Shown piece by piece: positions 60,101-64,000 of a stretch of 64,000 nucleotides of DNA (position 1 is its first letter; every line of letters starts with the position of its first letter). Below the pieces are notes generated by a model. It was not told the DNA's origin and ran no database searches. It saw only the letters and a program-made list of their open reading frames with translations. The stretch is from the human T2T-CHM13v2.0 reference genome, Homo sapiens. The translations under genes and the position numbers were made by a program. Location: the NCBI RefSeq assembly GCF_009914755.1, contig NC_060926.1, one strand, 5' to 3'.

Positions 60101-63100
60101 TTCCAAATGTCTCTGCTGGGGACTGCTTTGACCAATTGCAGCTACTGCCTGTGAGAAGAGCGACAGTGCTGCTGGGAGTTTGCCTGGCCCCAGGTCTCTC
60201 CAAACAGTTCCTGGGCTTCTAGGGGGCTGGAAAAATTCAATATATAATTTTGCTGTGACCTCCTCTTCCTGAGACCTGTCAGTGTTTGATACCAAGATGG
60301 ACCCTAGGGACTGGTCACTGCTACTATAGCTCCTTAGCTGCAGCTGTTCAAGCTCACAGGCTGAAGGAAAAAGAAAAATAAAGTTTTTAATGGCTTGACT
60401 AGTTACTGATAGAGCCTGGCACCCACATCTTCCCTTGAAAGAAAGATACTCTTTATAGCACACAGACTATGAGTGAATGAGAAGGAAAACAGCAAAGCGG
60501 TGGGAGATAAAGAAGCCCAGTAAAATGTCCCTCTGCCCCCTCACTCTTCCAGGTTGGGGGAAGTGCTGGTATGATTCAAACCAGTGAAACAAACAAACAA
60601 ACAAAATTTACTTTTTTCCCTTGGATTTGAACTTAGTAATGTTATCATTTGAAGTGTAAGTACCGCTACCCGGGGCCCCACTGTATTAAGCATTTTAATT
60701 CCTGAAGAGGTTTGTAGTGGCTCTGAATGTCTTATTTTAAGAAAGTAATAAAAGTTGGTTTTATCAGTTCTGGGACCCTGGGGTGCCTCTGACCCTCAAA
60801 CCCCTGACCCAATTCACAAGGCCATTCCAGTGGGCCGCCTCTCCTGTTATACGGTGTTGGAAACCTAGGACTCTTTTGACAGTTACTAAGAGAGGGGGGA
60901 ATATCATCCATAGATTTTTTTTTTCTAAATGTTAACTAAAAGTACCTTATCTCTGCTGCTGCCCTAACTACCTCACTAATTCTGGTACCAAAGTCATGCT
61001 GTTAAGGAAATAGCTGATTTAAACAAAGCAGGAGTATTTTTAGAACAATAAAAAACCTATTCATGATATCTAATTATGCAAACTGTGAACAAGAAGATGC
61101 TAGTCTTGCATTAGCTGAGACTTGACTCCTGTTATAATTTGCTCTTTTTTTGCAGCAGAAAGCAGTTCTTTTTTGTCGCTTTACTGCCTTAGCGTGGCTT
61201 GGTGCTTTTGGCAGACTCAGCGCAGGTCACCGCAAAGTGTTTCTGTTGCTGCGGTAGACTGCAGTTAGGGAGCGTGGCAGGATAATGTATTGTAATGCAG
61301 ATTACGGTGGTTTGCTGCTGCGTGATTCACAGATATGATTGCATCTAATTTCAGAAATAAGTGGAACCGTCTGCTCTTTTGTGTTAGCTGAAAGCTGTTC
61401 GATGGCGTTCAAATGACTGCTGCCTTTGCACCTAGAAAAAGATAGAAGAAACCCACCCATATCACAGCAATAACTTCCTCATTGTACCCCCCCAAATTCA
61501 GCACCATCCTGGCTTTTATGAGAATCGTAGTTCTTTCATCTTTCCTCCGAAAAATAATATGGTCCCATGTTTTGGGGAGTGGGTATATTTTGTTTTATTA
61601 AATTTTCTCATCTCTTCCTCTTGGAGAGGGACCATGCTAAATGTTCGTTTCCCTCACTCTCTCTCTCCTGTGGTTCTGTAACAATGCTGTTCTGACTCTT
61701 AGAAGAAAACATCTCCATGTAGACCTGCAGTGAGAAGTTCTTAAGGAGTGACTTAGCATCGCAATATTTGGTAACTTTATGAAGCCTGTGGATAACTGGA
61801 GCTTTTGCAACTAAAAAATAATTGCAATTTTAATTATGAATCAGATTCATTTAGGCTGTTGGTTCTTATCAATTTGTAGGTTTTCATTTAAACTTCCAGC
61901 TCCTTGGACTCCAGTTCTAAGGGGGGCAGCTCTCCAAAAGCAGGCGAATCATACACACACTCTTTCCTCTTCTTTGACCACACACAGTCCTATCCCCTTT
62001 ATGAAATCAGCCTCCCCCAGTTTGAGTTTGTATCCCCTAATTATGTGCTTTCTTAAATGTTTGTTTTCCGTTGCTCTAACTTTGGTTTTACATATCTCTC
62101 TAAAAAAGCCCACAGAAACAAGTTAACTATACTTTTCATACCAAACAGAAATTAAACCTAGGTAACAAACCCTTTGGCAGGAAAACAGTGGGATTTCCCA
62201 ATGAGCCACATGAACGCAGAGGATGCTGGCAGCCAGCAGAGTCACTTGGGACCCACAGAGCACAGAGGTTAACAGGAGGGGACATCAATCTGCAATGTAA
62301 CACTGACACTTAATGTTGTTCAGACCCTTTATGAGACAAAACCAAGCACAGGCATTGTTCATTTCTTATTTGACACTTAGAAAAATTCACAGCTGTGTAT
62401 AAGCACAATATTAAGGACGTGGAACCAGAGGGAAGAAATATTCAAACACAGGCAGCTCCTTCAGCCTGACTCACTCTTCTTAGAGGCTAACCCTATTTCC
62501 CCAGGCAGGAGGTCTTATGATGGCAGGCCTTTATTTGACCCACTACAAATATAAATCTATTTCACAATGAGCTCTCATAAATGGAGCTATTATATGACTC
62601 CATTTTCTGGATATGATCTTTAGAAATTATCCTGTATCTAGCCTTTAAAGTGTATTCAAGAGGCACTTCATTTGGGTGGATAAGAGTGTAAGATATGATG
62701 CATGTAAAATTCTGCCAGTTTTTTTTCAGATGCAATTGTTCATGCTGTAAACTTTGAAATTGTCTGATGACTGGGTCATTTTACAACTGCCTTCACTGAT
62801 CTTCACAGCAAAGGGCAAAAGGACTGTGACTGTCAGGCTGTAGCCAGAACGTTTAATAAAACGCCATGGGAGATTTCCTCCCCAGCACAATAACTTATCA
62901 GAAAACATCTAATGAGCACCCTGTGTGTCCGAGGTAGAAGACCCCAACCTCCCTCCACCCACACACTAGGGTCTATACTATGGGAAGAGTATAATATTCC
63001 CACTGATGGGAAACTCTAGATGGGGGAATAAGCTTATTAGAAAACATAGACTTTGCAAAGAGCTAAAGATTTGGTTCTGTTTATATTTTTTAAAACTAAT

Positions 63101-63477
63101 TATAATATTTAATATCTTTTCCTCTCATGTTAAGTATTAGCTATCTACTTCAGAGGAAAACACTACAACCTAGAAGTATTTGGAGGAGGGTGTAACTCCC
63201 ACAAAACACCCTTCTCCACCTCACTTCGTAAATCTATTCAGTTTGAGACATAATCCCAGGAAAAAGGCAATATGGCAGGGAGTGGGGGTGTGGGAAATCA
63301 TTTTCTATGTTGCTAATTCTTAATGTCACTCAAAAAACGGTAAGTTAAACCCTTTCTATGGACACAAAAAGAAAAAAGTATTTTCTGTTAACACAATGAT
63401 AAACTTTACTGTAATTCAGAGGCGGTCAAGAGTGTAAATGTGACAAGAAGCCAAATCCACAGAAACAACAGTGCTTT

Positions 63478-63620
63478 GCATCTGGAGCTAAGAAATTTAG
63501 GTTTCCTCCTAGCACCAGTTACCTAGAGAAAGCCTCAGTTGTACCATCTGTAAAATGGAGAGTTTGCCTGCTAGCCTTCACAGAGTTATGAAAATTAAGA
63601 AGTCTCTATAATAGTGTTTT
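63478..63620 (+). mobile_element. MIR fragment
   Basis: GCCTCAGTTGTACCATCTGTAAAATGGAG..CACAGAGTTATGAAAATTAA. Confidence 0.55.
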
Positions 63621-63827
63621 AAAATGTATACTATTTTAAGCTACTGCACACAGTTGGACATGGCACACACAGCTGGGATTTAAAAGCAGAAAGGACATCA
63701 GCAAGGTGATTCTACTGGGACAGAGTCTGCAATTCCATGACAATTCTCGGAGGTATGATAACTAAGTCATTAGATACAGCTTGGGTAGTGCACTTTGTCA
63801 CTGACTGCCAATAAAATTGCTCACGTT

Positions 63828-64000
63828 GGCCAGGCATGGTGGCTCATGCCTGTAATCTCTCCACTTTGGGAGGCTGAGGCAGGTAGATTGCTTGAGCCCA
63901 CGAGTTAGAGATCAGCCTGGAAACATGATGAAACCTCATCTCTATTAAAAATGTGAAAAATTACCCAGGCATGGTAGTGCGTGCCTGTAATCCCAGCTAC
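63828..64000 (+). mobile_element. AluJ-like, cut by the window end
   Basis: GGCCAGGCATGGTGGCTCATGCC..TTGCTTGAGCCCA.. Confidence 0.9.

Noticed and set aside
59966-60463. 165-aa minus-strand ORF
   Set aside because: Non-ATG start and no recognisable motif or exon structure.

Overview
Primate (human-like) AT-rich non-coding DNA with no recognisable host protein-coding gene, rRNA, tRNA or CRISPR array. The only protein-like ORFs are decayed LINE-1 ORF1/ORF2 pieces, and most other ORFs are Alu read-throughs. Much of the first 51 kb is interspersed repeat: about 23 Alu pieces, L1PA/L1PB/L1M, MaLR and ERV LTRs, MIR, L2 and Tigger/Charlie DNA-transposon fossils, many with readable target-site duplications (TSDs). 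52-63.4 kb is repeat-poor. The most unusual structure is an old ~520 bp inverted repeat of apparently non-repeat DNA (19102-19617 vs 20518-21788). It predates an MST LTR and an Alu inserted in one arm, yet keeps blocks of ~97-98% arm-to-arm identity. Other points of interest: a CpG-enriched promoter-like region (28.6-30.2 kb), two L1PA copies 27 kb apart that seem to share non-consensus variants, a fold-back insertion in an L1 reverse-transcriptase (RT) active-site motif, and a polyadenylated LTR fragment. Repeat subfamily names come from recalled consensus sequences and need RepeatMasker/Dfam confirmation. Identities were counted by eye.
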